DNA from: a virus
IMG/VR virus record: IMGVR_UViG_3300037467_000907
Location: 1 to 42,237 of that record
DNA length: 42,237 nucleotides
Direction: 5' to 3' (one strand)
Positions 15,241-23,176 of this stretch are shown piece after piece. The notes below the pieces were generated by a model. The model was not told the origin of the DNA. It was given only the letters and a program-made list of their open reading frames with translations, and made no database searches. The position numbers were made by a program, and so were the translations under genes. Numbering within the stretch: position 1 is the stretch's first letter; every line of letters starts with the position of its first letter.

Positions 15241-16697
15241 TGGCTAATCTCCATTGGTGCGCCAGGTAATTGAGCTTCACGGTTTTTGTATGCTGTCATT
15301 GCTTCATACTTTTGAGTCCCGTTTTCAAGCAGACGGATCTCGGCGAATAAAGCACGTAAAACATCTATGTTTTGTGCTGCATGGATTCGCTCAATTAGTG
15401 GTCTGCCTTTTAACTCATTAAGGCGTTTATAAGAAGCATCTAGTAAAGGTTTGCGTTGTGCTTCTGACCATTGGCGAGTGCGGTCAAAGATTGCATTAAC
15501 TTCCTCAGCGTTCCCAGCCATATCTATATCAAATGCTAATTCGTCTACTAGTTCTTCAGAGTATGCGAACGAAGGGTAATCCGGATCAGAATCAATTAAA
15601 TCAAGCTGAGAAAGTTGTTCTTTGCGTTGCTCGCTCTTAATTTTCAATTCACTTAAATCTTCAGAAGTAAGATTTTTTGAGCTTGCTAAAATAGTGTCAT
15701 TAACTTTGGCTAACTCATCTAATGTGTTGGCCTGATCAATTAGACTTATAAGGACTGCTTTGGGTGCCGATGTCGGTTTATCACTGAAAGTTCTTTCTCG
15801 AATAACTTCCATTAAATTTTCGCGCTCTTGATCTTCTAAATGACCATTTGCTCCAATCTTATTTTTAACGGCATTAAGTTCTTCAGCAGAGGTACAAGAT
15901 TCAATCTCGCTAATAAATGAATCGTATAAAACAGAAAATACTTGATCACCAACTTCATCAGCTGCATCCATTTCAATAAAATCGAGCTCAGTTAAACGAG
16001 TCTGTTTAGCAACCTCAATTTCAACTAACTGCTCTTGAGTAAAGCCTTCTTTTTCAAGACCTGAGCAAATGTTCTCGACTTCATGTTCTGTATTAGCAAT
16101 TTTCAAAGCGTCCAATAAAACTTGGTGTTGTAAATTACTTGTAGGCTGGGAAGCTGTGTTGTTTGTAGAAGGGGATCCCAACACTTCAGCATGAGTTGGA
16201 TCCTCAGCCTTAGTTTGCTCAACCTGTTTTGCTGATGCAGCTTTTGTGGTTTTTTTCTTACCAGTTTTTTGTTTATCGGCACCACCGATAGGTACGACAA
16301 GTGTTTCTCTTGTATCTACATCACGACCAATGGCAGCACAAAATGCTTTTAATTGAAGCCGGGCATTTTCTATATCTGCTTGAGCAAAACCATTTGTAAT
16401 AGCATTTTTAAGAGCAGCGGTTTCATTGAATTTGTACCAGTAAATGCTTCCGGTTGGTTCAATAAGGTAAATGTCTTGATCTGGCTTAACATCATCAAGC
16501 GTAAGAGGTTGAGTAAAAGTAATGCCAGCCAATTCAATTTTTGGCAGTTGAATACAATACTCATAGCCAGGCAATGAAAATACTGTAGCTGGGAACTGAT
16601 CCAGCGTATCAAACTCACCATCGATGTGACGGCAAAGAATAACTTTGCCAGACATCAAAGCATTAAAGGCTTCTTGGTTTGAAATTAAATTAGTCAT
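15237..16697 (-). CDS. 486-aa early protein: N-terminal globular domain, K/T/S-rich linker, five ~40-aa helical repeats
   Basis: Repeats of the form (L/F)Ixx(I)xxAxxxxE(L/V)xxhxxxI...L recur from about residue 194 to 478. Confidence 0.55.
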   Translation of the reverse strand: MTNLISNQEAFNALMSGKVILCRHIDGEFDTLDQFPATVFSLPGYEYCIQLPKIELAGITFTQPLTLDDVKPDQDIYLIEPTGSIYWYKFNETAALKNAITNGFAQADIENARLQLKAFCAAIGRDVDTRETLVVPIGGADKQKTGKKKTTKAASAKQVEQTKAEDPTHAEVLGSPSTNNTASQPTSNLQHQVLLDALKIANTEHEVENICSGLEKEGFTQEQLVEIEVAKQTRLTELDFIEMDAADEVGDQVFSVLYDSFISEIESCTSAEELNAVKNKIGANGHLEDQERENLMEVIRERTFSDKPTSAPKAVLISLIDQANTLDELAKVNDTILASSKNLTSEDLSELKIKSEQRKEQLSQLDLIDSDPDYPSFAYSEELVDELAFDIDMAGNAEEVNAIFDRTRQWSEAQRKPLLDASYKRLNELKGRPLIERIHAAQNIDVLRALFAEIRLLENGTQKYEAMTAYKNREAQLPGAPMEISQ

Positions 16698-16716
16698 GTT
16701 TAGTTCCTGCCTTTAA

Positions 16717-17463
16717 TTAATGATGGAGTGGTTGAGTTAGGTTTTGTTGCTGGTTTCGGCTAGGGTTGGTTTTCCAGCCCATTTGATCTGCACGAGCTCG
16801 ACAAGCTGTTTTGATGCCGGCTTCGTAGGTTGTGCCTTTAAAACGATTTGCCGCAGCCTTAAGGATTGTTGTATCAGGCGCATCTTTAATTGCTTTTAAA
16901 GCATCCTGATAAAGTTGATCTTGTGTTCGTTTTGGCTGAGGATTCTGCGTTTGGTTATTTTTAGATACAGGTACAGAGGTATTTTGCTCAAGATAAGCAA
17001 AGTCATAGTTGTATAAATATTTGCTACCATCAAAATTACCCAGGTAAATATCAGCAGCTATACCAATAGCTTTAAATGCAACCCCAAGCGCATCTGTTAC
17101 AGCCTTTTTATAGCCTTCATCAATAGCGACTAATTTGCCTTTTTGAAGTTCAACAATTGCTGAACCTCCATTGCCAAAGAACTCCTCACCCCACACACCG
17201 TCTATTTTTGTTTTTACTGCCACCTCGGCAAATGCCATCATAGTTCCATCGGGTGCAGTTTCTGACCATAAGCGAACATGTCTATACGTCCACCCATGAC
17301 CAACGGGGCCAAAAGCTTGAGTCATAGCCATAAAACGCCATTGAGGATTAATATCTGATTTGCCTTTTAAATAACCAAACTCAATTTTTTTTAGAAAATT
17401 GGTAGGAGTCTGTTTAACTGCATTCCAGATGTGTAAGTTGTCTTTTGAATTTTCAGTAGTCAT
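16717..17463 (-). CDS. Rad52/Sak-family single-strand annealing recombinase
   Basis: FGPVGHGWTY...DEGYKKAVTDALGVAFKAIGIAADIYLG matches the Rad52-type K-A-x-TDAL...GIG..Y motif. Confidence 0.7.
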   Translation of the reverse strand: MTTENSKDNLHIWNAVKQTPTNFLKKIEFGYLKGKSDINPQWRFMAMTQAFGPVGHGWTYRHVRLWSETAPDGTMMAFAEVAVKTKIDGVWGEEFFGNGGSAIVELQKGKLVAIDEGYKKAVTDALGVAFKAIGIAADIYLGNFDGSKYLYNYDFAYLEQNTSVPVSKNNQTQNPQPKRTQDQLYQDALKAIKDAPDTTILKAAANRFKGTTYEAGIKTACRARADQMGWKTNPSRNQQQNLTQPLHH

Positions 17464-17474
17464 TTTTATTATCC

Positions 17475-17801
17475 TTATCTTGAACCAGTGAAGCCGCGTT
17501 TTTGCTTATAAGCTTTGCGGTCATATGACGAAATGTGTGAACCACCTAGATCTTTAGCTAGTTGCTTAGAGCGCTGGGATCTAATTTCTTGAGTTAGAAC
17601 TTCCCAAACTGCTGGGCTATCTTTTTTAAATTGCTCAACATCTAAAGGGGTTTTAACGTCATCCTTGCTGATTTTGTAAAGCACTTTGCCATTAGCGTTT
17701 GAAGCAAATACTTGCCAACCTATGCGAACTGAATAGAGACCAGTTTCATCACGGCCTAAATATGACTTGTAGCCGTCAGGGTGTTTCTTGAAATTAGTCA
17801 T
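17475..17801 (-). CDS. 108-aa early protein, unknown
   Basis: ATG with a GGAGG SD 7 nt upstream. The TTG extension is rejected. Confidence 0.5.
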   Translation of the reverse strand: MTNFKKHPDGYKSYLGRDETGLYSVRIGWQVFASNANGKVLYKISKDDVKTPLDVEQFKKDSPAVWEVLTQEIRSQRSKQLAKDLGGSHISSYDRKAYKQKRGFTGSR

Positions 17802-17803
17802 GA

Positions 17804-18244
17804 TCAAGCCTCCACCAACTTATTACGTTCGATGAAGCCTTTAAGAAGAGCATTGATATTGCGGTGATCGTTGTAATCAGTGAAATCACTGTAAGATTTA
17901 CCGTTTATATCGGTAATCTCATTAATTGTGAGCTGGGTTACATCAACGGCTGTAAATTCTGAACCAGGTACTCCGAAGCTGTCAGGATGTGTTTCAAAGT
18001 CAAAACTAACGTTTACACGAAAGTCATCAAGTTTGATAACAGCAACACCAGAGGTTTTACCTGTGATTTTTGCCGTTTGTACGCCGTAATCACTCGGCTG
18101 TATTTGTGGTGTAAATGTGTAGGGTTTAGAAGCGAAGCCTGATTGTGCAGTTTTATATTCACAAGATGCTAAACCAGCAATCAAAAACAAAGCTGTGAAG
18201 CCTGTCACTTTGATGTGGTTGAAAGGAATTGTATTTACGTTCAT
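17804..18244 (-). CDS. Lipoprotein, first gene of the PL-type operon
   Basis: MNVNTIPFNHIKVTGFTALFLIAGLASC has a signal peptide and lipobox. GAGG SD. The longer ORF start (18328) lies upstream of the predicted PL start site. Confidence 0.6.
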   Translation of the reverse strand: MNVNTIPFNHIKVTGFTALFLIAGLASCEYKTAQSGFASKPYTFTPQIQPSDYGVQTAKITGKTSGVAVIKLDDFRVNVSFDFETHPDSFGVPGSEFTAVDVTQLTINEITDINGKSYSDFTDYNDHRNINALLKGFIERNKLVEA

Positions 18245-18266
18245 AATTGACCTCATGTAAGTGAAG

Positions 18267-18298
18267 AGCCCTGATTGCCGTGGAAAGTTGTCAGGGCT
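18267..18298 (-). other. PL leader hairpin (AGCCCTGA / TCAGGGCT, 16-nt loop)
   Basis: 8-bp inverted repeat in the 5' UTR between PL and the lipoprotein ATG, with no U-tract. Confidence 0.45.
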
Positions 18299-18317
18299 TT
18301 TTGCTGTCCATGAGAAA

Positions 18318-18346
18318 AATATACCCATAAGGTAAAATAAAGTAAA
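18318..18346 (-). promoter_or_regulatory. PL-type early leftward promoter (TTTACT - 17 - TATATT)
   Basis: About 24 nt are homologous to the PR core (TTTATTTTACCTTATGGGTATATT versus TTTATTTACCTTGTGGGTATATT). Confidence 0.6.
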
Positions 18347-18392
18347 TACCCATGAGGTAAAATTTATTGATTATTTTTTTACTCTTAAGGTA
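18322..18392. promoter_or_regulatory. OL: three TACC-N5-GGTA operators (18322-18334, 18347-18359, 18380-18392)
   Basis: TACCCATAAGGTA, TACCCATGAGGTA and TACTCTTAAGGTA, read directly. Confidence 0.65.
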
Positions 18393-18409
18393 AATAATTA
18401 TAAATAATA

Positions 18410-18435
18410 ATAAAAAACCCACAATTAAGTGGGTT
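18410..18435 (-). terminator. Terminator downstream of the repressor gene
   Basis: AACCCAC-TTAATT-GTGGGTT followed by a T-run on the minus strand. Confidence 0.65.
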
Positions 18436-18466
18436 GTTCAAATCTTTAATTTTTAATAAAAGGAAA

Positions 18467-19255
18467 TTAAATAGATCTAGGGTGCTGTTGTCTATGCTGA
18501 CTAGGTGGAACAATATCTGTAATAGCCGTAATACTTTCAACATCTTCCATGTCAAAGGTCAGCCTTTCCCCGCCATTTACAGCAAGTAGGTTTAAGACAT
18601 TGTTATGAATACCAATCAATTCTTTGATAGTGCAGCGGCCATCTTTTAGACATACCTGGACAAACTCACTAGGAGTTAATTCTGCGTCTGGATCACAAAC
18701 AACATACCATCCATTTCTAATGGCTGGATACATTGAGTCTCCAGTTCCCTTTATTGCGTATGAACGTTCTCCTGCGGTATGTGTAGGCACATAGCCATCT
18801 CCAGCATTCCCTTCATACCCCATGTCTGTAAAGTAACCGTCCATGCCCATCTTACTGTATGCCTTAACTGGAACCCATCGTTTAGAAATAACTAAAGGTT
18901 TTTCAATAGTATTTGTAAAAAGTACTGCATCTTCACTATCTGGAATATTGTATTTTTTCTTAAACTCTTCAATGTCAAAATTTGTGAAGTTAGCTGCGAT
19001 ATTCTTATTTTGTACAGTTTCACTCTGAGTATCTGATTGGTCTAAATAGCCCCGTGGTTTATTGAAAGCCTCTTCAATCTTTACAGCTGTTTCATCACCA
19101 ATATTCTTACTGGGGTTCTTGCCAATATATTGGCTCAATAAGTTGTAAGACATTTCTATCTTATCGGCAAATTCAGAACGAGTTAGTCCCGATTCCTTCA
19201 TTAATTTCCTTGTATTACCAAGTCGAATTTCATGAATAGTCTTTAATTCACTCAT
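18467..19255 (-). CDS. cI: CI-type repressor (XRE HTH + S24 LexA-like autopeptidase)
   Basis: The N-terminus LTRSEFADKIEMSYNLLSQYIGK is HTH-like. The C-terminus carries KGTGDSMYP and CTIKEL, the Ser/Lys dyad. Divergent from cro. Confidence 0.85.
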   Translation of the reverse strand: MSELKTIHEIRLGNTRKLMKESGLTRSEFADKIEMSYNLLSQYIGKNPSKNIGDETAVKIEEAFNKPRGYLDQSDTQSETVQNKNIAANFTNFDIEEFKKKYNIPDSEDAVLFTNTIEKPLVISKRWVPVKAYSKMGMDGYFTDMGYEGNAGDGYVPTHTAGERSYAIKGTGDSMYPAIRNGWYVVCDPDAELTPSEFVQVCLKDGRCTIKELIGIHNNVLNLLAVNGGERLTFDMEDVESITAITDIVPPSQHRQQHPRSI

Positions 19256-19288
19256 TTTTCAATTCACCTCTAGCGCTGAATCCAAAAA

Positions 19289-19378
19289 TACCTGACAGGT
19301 AGAAAAAATAAATACCCTGACAGGTTGTATTTTATTTACCTTGTGGGTATATTTATTTAAGTATTTACCGTTAAGGTG
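19289..19378. promoter_or_regulatory. OR: TACC-N5-GGTA operators at 19289-19301 and 19337-19349, variants at 19313-19326 and 19366-19378
   Basis: TACCTGACAGGTA, TACCCTGACAGGTT (N6 variant), TACCTTGTGGGTA, and TACCGTTAAGGTG. The last overlaps the cro SD and is doubtful. Confidence 0.6.
19325..19353 (+). promoter_or_regulatory. PR-type promoter (TTGTAT - 17 - TATATT)
   Basis: The hexamers are overlapped by operators at 19313 and 19337. Confidence 0.6.
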
Positions 19379-19383
19379 TATTT

Positions 19384-19605
19384 ATGCTTACCCTTTATAG
19401 CTTTTGGCGTGGACTAAGTGAGAGTGAACGTAAGCAATTCTGCGAAAAAGCTGAAGTTACTTATGGATATATGGAAACTCATTTAATCCATGGCCGCAAA
19501 AAACCAAGAATGGAAACCATCCAAAAAATGGTTGACGCAAGTAATCAAAAATTAACTCACAAAAGCCTTTTTGATTTCTTTTTAGGAACTTCAAAAACAG
19601 CTTAG
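19384..19605 (+). CDS. cro: Cro-like small DNA-binding regulator
   Basis: 73 aa, first rightward gene, divergent from cI. Confidence 0.55.
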   Translation: MLTLYSFWRGLSESERKQFCEKAEVTYGYMETHLIHGRKKPRMETIQKMVDASNQKLTHKSLFDFFLGTSKTA

Positions 19606-19613
19606 GAATCATT

Positions 19614-19976
19614 ATGAGCAAAGTATCAACCGAATTGAGTGCAACTGCGAGAAATAGCATTACAAGGGTTTTACGCATCCTTGCAAACTGCAATAACTCC
19701 CAGATTGCAGAAAAGTTGGGATTAGATCCAACTACATTTTCAAGATTTAAAAATGACAAAAAAACCAATGGCTTGTCAGATATTGAGAATGTTTGCGCAA
19801 TGTTGGATTTGCTTGAATTAAAAATCGTACCGAAGAAATACAAGTTAATTCATAAGGAGAAACTGGCAGCACTATTGAATTTATCAAAAGCGTATATGGG
19901 ACGCCTAGGTTCAGTCGATGACTTGTTTCAAGACGACATCGAAGACTTTGGTATTAACGAAGAGCTTGGATATTAA
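19614..19976 (+). CDS. cII: CII-like transcriptional activator
   Basis: NSQIAEKLGLDPTTFSRFKNDK is HTH-like and resembles the phage CII family. Position follows cro. Confidence 0.55.
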   Translation: MSKVSTELSATARNSITRVLRILANCNNSQIAEKLGLDPTTFSRFKNDKKTNGLSDIENVCAMLDLLELKIVPKKYKLIHKEKLAALLNLSKAYMGRLGSVDDLFQDDIEDFGINEELGY

Positions 19977-19978
19977 AA

Positions 19979-20007
19979 AACCACTTCCTGCGCGAACAGG
20001 AGTGGTT
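19979..20007. other. Bulged 11-bp hairpin after cII (AACCACTTCCTG / CAGGAGTGGTT)
   Basis: The A6 upstream gives a U-tail only on the minus strand. Could be a tR1-like signal or the terminator of a leftward oop-like RNA. Confidence 0.4.
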
Positions 20008-20039
20008 AGTCATTCAATTACTGGCTAGAGGAATCGAAT

Positions 20040-20369
20040 ATGCAAACTAATTTATCAAATCAAACGACTAAAGACAATCTGCAAGAGCAGAAACGCCAGC
20101 AAAGTTATCAATCCTGGCATGAGCCTGCTTTAAGAACCTTAGCTGGTTTACTTAAAAAACGTAAGGAAAATTTAGCTCGCCAAAATCGTGATGAAAAAAA
20201 TGCAGCCGTAACACGGGATGAGTTTATGCAGTCGCGTGTAGATCAACATGGTGTTCACGGGATTAATCTTTATCACGCCGGGGTGATTATTTCGAGTCTT
20301 TATAGAGCTAAGCGGATCCGCTATTTAGGCTCCTTCATTCAGATCATTGAAGAAGGTGAATTTAAATGA
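20040..20369 (+). CDS. 109-aa protein, unknown
   Basis: ORF in operon context. Overlaps the next gene by 4 nt. Confidence 0.45.
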   Translation: MQTNLSNQTTKDNLQEQKRQQSYQSWHEPALRTLAGLLKKRKENLARQNRDEKNAAVTRDEFMQSRVDQHGVHGINLYHAGVIISSLYRAKRIRYLGSFIQIIEEGEFK

Positions 20370-20587
20370 CGAATTCACCTTTGCCAAAAACCATTCAAAC
20401 TGAATTGGGTACAGAAAAACTCTGTATCCATTGCAATGAGTATTTCCCATTAGATGAGGAATTTTTCTGGCGTTCTGGTTCAAAAAGAAAAGATGGCTCA
20501 GCTATTTTCTGTGCAACTTGTAAGGCTTGCTATGACATTCGTTATAAGCGCAGAAATCATAAAAATCATGAGGTTCAAACATCATGA
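20366..20587 (+). CDS. 73-aa CxxC...CxxC zinc-ribbon protein
   Basis: CIHC and CATCKAC cysteine pairs. ATGA-type overlaps on both sides. Confidence 0.5.
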   Translation: MTNSPLPKTIQTELGTEKLCIHCNEYFPLDEEFFWRSGSKRKDGSAIFCATCKACYDIRYKRRNHKNHEVQTS

Positions 20588-21693
20588 GTAAATACATCCC
20601 TAATTCCTTTCAAGTAGCCAATGCTTTTGTTGACGATGCAATGAGTAAAATCTCAGATGCATCTGTCAAAATCTATTTAATTATTAATCGTAAAACACGT
20701 GGCTGGGCAAAAGATTGTGACGCACTTTCTCTTACCCAATTAGAAGTGCTGTCTGGCAAAAGTCATCCTACTGTTGTTAGGTGTACAAAAGAGCTCATCA
20801 AAGTTGGGTTAGTAAAGAAACATGAGCAATCTGTATACGGGAATGTTTACTCATTAATAGACAATTATTTTGTAGGAGAGTATATAAACTTCCCAAATAA
20901 AAGCTCAGTACTTATTCAATCTTTTAGTTTATTTAATGGTCAGCTAGTTAAAAATTTTAACTACCAGAAACCTGCACCCAAAAAATTACTTAAAGTAAAA
21001 AAGAGTAAAAATCTCTGTTTAAATTTCCCTCAGAAATCACGCTTGCTAGTTAAAAATTTTAACTACCTTGAAAACACTTGCCAGTTAAAAAATTTAACTA
21101 CTGCTAGTAAAAAATTTTTACCCCTGCTAGTTAAAATTTTTAACACACAAAACACACTATCAAAACCAACTTATCAAAATAAAAAAAATACATGGTTTGT
21201 TTTGGAAAATTTGAAATTAGAAATTTGTTCTATCAATCCGTCAATTGATACCAACGAGATTTTTAGTGCATCTTGGTTTGAGAGAGAGTTAAAAGCATTT
21301 AACGGATTTAATGAAGATCGAAATCACTCAGATGATTACATGGTTAAATTTTTTGCAGAGTGGATGCTTAAAGCTCGCGCTAAATACGCAAAGATGAAAA
21401 CACCAGCACCACGTTCTTTTGAAAACAAAAGCTCAAATGGACAATCAGTTCAATCTGAAAACCAAGTTCCTAATGTGATCACCTTCGCATCTGATAAACA
21501 GCTATTCACGTTTGCACGACGTCTTGTAAACCATCCTGATTTCAAAGATTCATTTTGTCATTCCGGAGAATCTTGGATGGATGCTGGTAAGCGCATGGCT
21601 CAAAAGCTGGTAGATCCTGAGCAACAAAAACCATTCATTCCGTATTTGATAGATATGGGTTTTAAAACTCCATCCAAAGGGGCGGCAGCATGA
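20584..21693 (+). CDS. Replication initiator, lambda O-like N-terminal domain, with origin iterons inside the gene
   Basis: FQVANAFVDDAMSKISDASVKIYLIINRKTRGWAKDCDALSLTQL resembles the phage rep-O N-terminus. The middle of the gene holds the iterons. Confidence 0.75.
   Translation: MSKYIPNSFQVANAFVDDAMSKISDASVKIYLIINRKTRGWAKDCDALSLTQLEVLSGKSHPTVVRCTKELIKVGLVKKHEQSVYGNVYSLIDNYFVGEYINFPNKSSVLIQSFSLFNGQLVKNFNYQKPAPKKLLKVKKSKNLCLNFPQKSRLLVKNFNYLENTCQLKNLTTASKKFLPLLVKIFNTQNTLSKPTYQNKKNTWFVLENLKLEICSINPSIDTNEIFSASWFERELKAFNGFNEDRNHSDDYMVKFFAEWMLKARAKYAKMKTPAPRSFENKSSNGQSVQSENQVPNVITFASDKQLFTFARRLVNHPDFKDSFCHSGESWMDAGKRMAQKLVDPEQQKPFIPYLIDMGFKTPSKGAAA
20944..21146 (+). repeat. Origin iterons: five copies of about 21 bp, CTAGTTAAAAATTTTAACTAC (internally palindromic AGTTAAAA-A-TTTTAACT)
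   Basis: Copies at 20944, 21046, 21081, 21104 (degenerate) and 21127, followed by an A-rich tract at 21176-21190. Confidence 0.75.
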
Positions 21694-21848
21694 GTACTCG
21701 AGTAAATTTCGATTTAGCTGAAGCAGTTGCTCGCAGTGAAAAATTAAGAGGTAGATACAACCGTAGTGGTTTATCTAACACTGATTACAACGAATTACTT
21801 CGATTAGAAAAAGCAGTTAAGGAAGCGGTTAAGGAAGGTGAAAAATGA
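21690..21848 (+). CDS. 52-aa protein (below ORF-track cutoff)
   Basis: ATGA overlaps with the O-gene stop and with the next gene's start. Confidence 0.45.
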   Translation: MSTRVNFDLAEAVARSEKLRGRYNRSGLSNTDYNELLRLEKAVKEAVKEGEK

Positions 21849-22303
21849 GTAAGGTTTTAATCGGTGTTGATACAGGGGTGCATACTGGTTTTGCTGTAGC
21901 CATTGACCAGGGGAAAGGTGGCGAGCTTCAGGATGTTGGTTCTCTCACAATTACTCAAGCTATGAGCCGAGTTTTAGAGCTTGTTGAATCGCATGGTAAG
22001 GCAAACATCATGCTGTATATCGAAGATGCTCGTTTACGCACTTGGTTTGGAAATGCCGATGCCCGACAAGCGAAAAGTGGGGCCGGTGTACGTGAGGGGA
22101 TTGGTTCAGTTAAGCGTGATGCTCAAATTTGGGAAGATTGGTGCAAAGAGCAAGGTCTGAATTACAAGATGATTCACCCAGCAGCGAACAAAACCAAAAC
22201 CGATGCAAAGTATTTTTTAAAACTTACAGGGTGGGCAAAACGTACAAATGAACATGCACGAGATGCAGCAATGCTTGTATTCGGGCGATATGCAAAGTTT
22301 TGA
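21845..22303 (+). CDS. RuvC-like Holliday-junction resolvase
   Basis: The N-terminus VLIGVDTGVHTGFAV resembles the RuvC ILGIDPG motif. Also has the acidic YIEDARL motif, and is 152 aa. Confidence 0.55.
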   Translation: MSKVLIGVDTGVHTGFAVAIDQGKGGELQDVGSLTITQAMSRVLELVESHGKANIMLYIEDARLRTWFGNADARQAKSGAGVREGIGSVKRDAQIWEDWCKEQGLNYKMIHPAANKTKTDAKYFLKLTGWAKRTNEHARDAAMLVFGRYAKF

Positions 22304-22365
22304 TGTGTTAAAGGTTTTTAGAAGTTGTTTTTTAATCATGGTAAAGGGTAAATAGGAAGGCGATT

Positions 22366-23100
22366 ATGTTAGTTGAAAAGTTTGATTTTATTGAGTTACT
22401 TCGCCTTGCTATTGCTCAGAGCGAAGGTAAGGGGAAAATTACAAAGCATGTTGTATTGGGGGAAATTGCATTATTACCTGCAGGTGCAAAAAAATGGGCA
22501 GAGCTCCTGCTTGAGCGAGTTGATTTTGAACGCATAACAGAGGTGACTGAATCAAAGAAAATTTATGAGACCAGGATAATTAACGGTCAGGAAGTAAAAA
22601 AGCGTATAGGTGAAATACCTGGCAAAGTGGAATTTAAAAAAGGTGAAATTAATTCTGCTGATTTTTTCCGTGTAAGAAACTTTTTGGCTGGGAAGATCCA
22701 CAGGGAAATGATTAAAAAGAATTTCAAGCCGAATAATTGCCAGGGCGATTTATCCAATGTGGCCAAGGGAATAGCAGAAGTTGTTTTGCGTGGCCGATTA
22801 TTTACTAAGGCAATGTGTGGTCATTGTCAGGGTATTGGTAAACTAGAATTGTTTAATCAAAAGGGATATCCGGATGGATCTAAATTTTGTGAAAAATGCG
22901 CAGGTACAGGGAAGCGACCATACACATTGCATGAAAAAATTACGATCGCAAAATTAAAAGTTTCTAAGTCTGGTTATTCTGAGCGATATGAGCCATATGA
23001 AATAATTGCTGAAGCATGTATCGAAAATTGGGAAAACAGCATTAGAACTAGCCTAGCTAGATCGTTTCATTTTGAACCAGAAGAAATATCATTAGCTTGA
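22366..23100 (+). CDS. Q-like late antiterminator candidate (double CxxCxGxGK zinc motif)
   Basis: CGHCQGIGK...CEKCAGTGK. It is the last gene before a strong promoter plus terminator and the late operon. Confidence 0.45.
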   Translation: MLVEKFDFIELLRLAIAQSEGKGKITKHVVLGEIALLPAGAKKWAELLLERVDFERITEVTESKKIYETRIINGQEVKKRIGEIPGKVEFKKGEINSADFFRVRNFLAGKIHREMIKKNFKPNNCQGDLSNVAKGIAEVVLRGRLFTKAMCGHCQGIGKLELFNQKGYPDGSKFCEKCAGTGKRPYTLHEKITIAKLKVSKSGYSERYEPYEIIAEACIENWENSIRTSLARSFHFEPEEISLA

Positions 23101-23125
23101 CTTAAACAGAACGGTTGAGTATAAG
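23097..23125 (+). promoter_or_regulatory. PR'-type late promoter (TTGACT - 17 - TATAAG)
   Basis: Near-consensus sigma70 hexamers overlapping the Q-like stop codon. A -10-like TAAAAT at 23132-23137 sits about at +1 to +6. Confidence 0.65.
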
Positions 23126-23176
23126 TATTTCTAAAATGGGCGCTTTATACATAGATCGCCTGAAAAAATTTAAAGA

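Noticed and set aside
19366-19378. A fourth OR operator, TACCGTTAAGGTG.
   Set aside because: One half-site is imperfect and the element coincides with the cro Shine-Dalgarno (AAGGTG). Kept only as doubtful.
19457-19843. A 128-aa minus-strand ORF antisense to cro/cII.
   Set aside because: It overlaps two well-placed regulatory genes on the opposite strand and has no promoter or SD context.
20944-21146. The repeat cluster could be a CRISPR array.
   Set aside because: The repeats are AT-rich, irregularly spaced (102, 35, 23 and 23 bp) and lie inside the O-like gene. These are classic origin iterons, and no cas genes are present.
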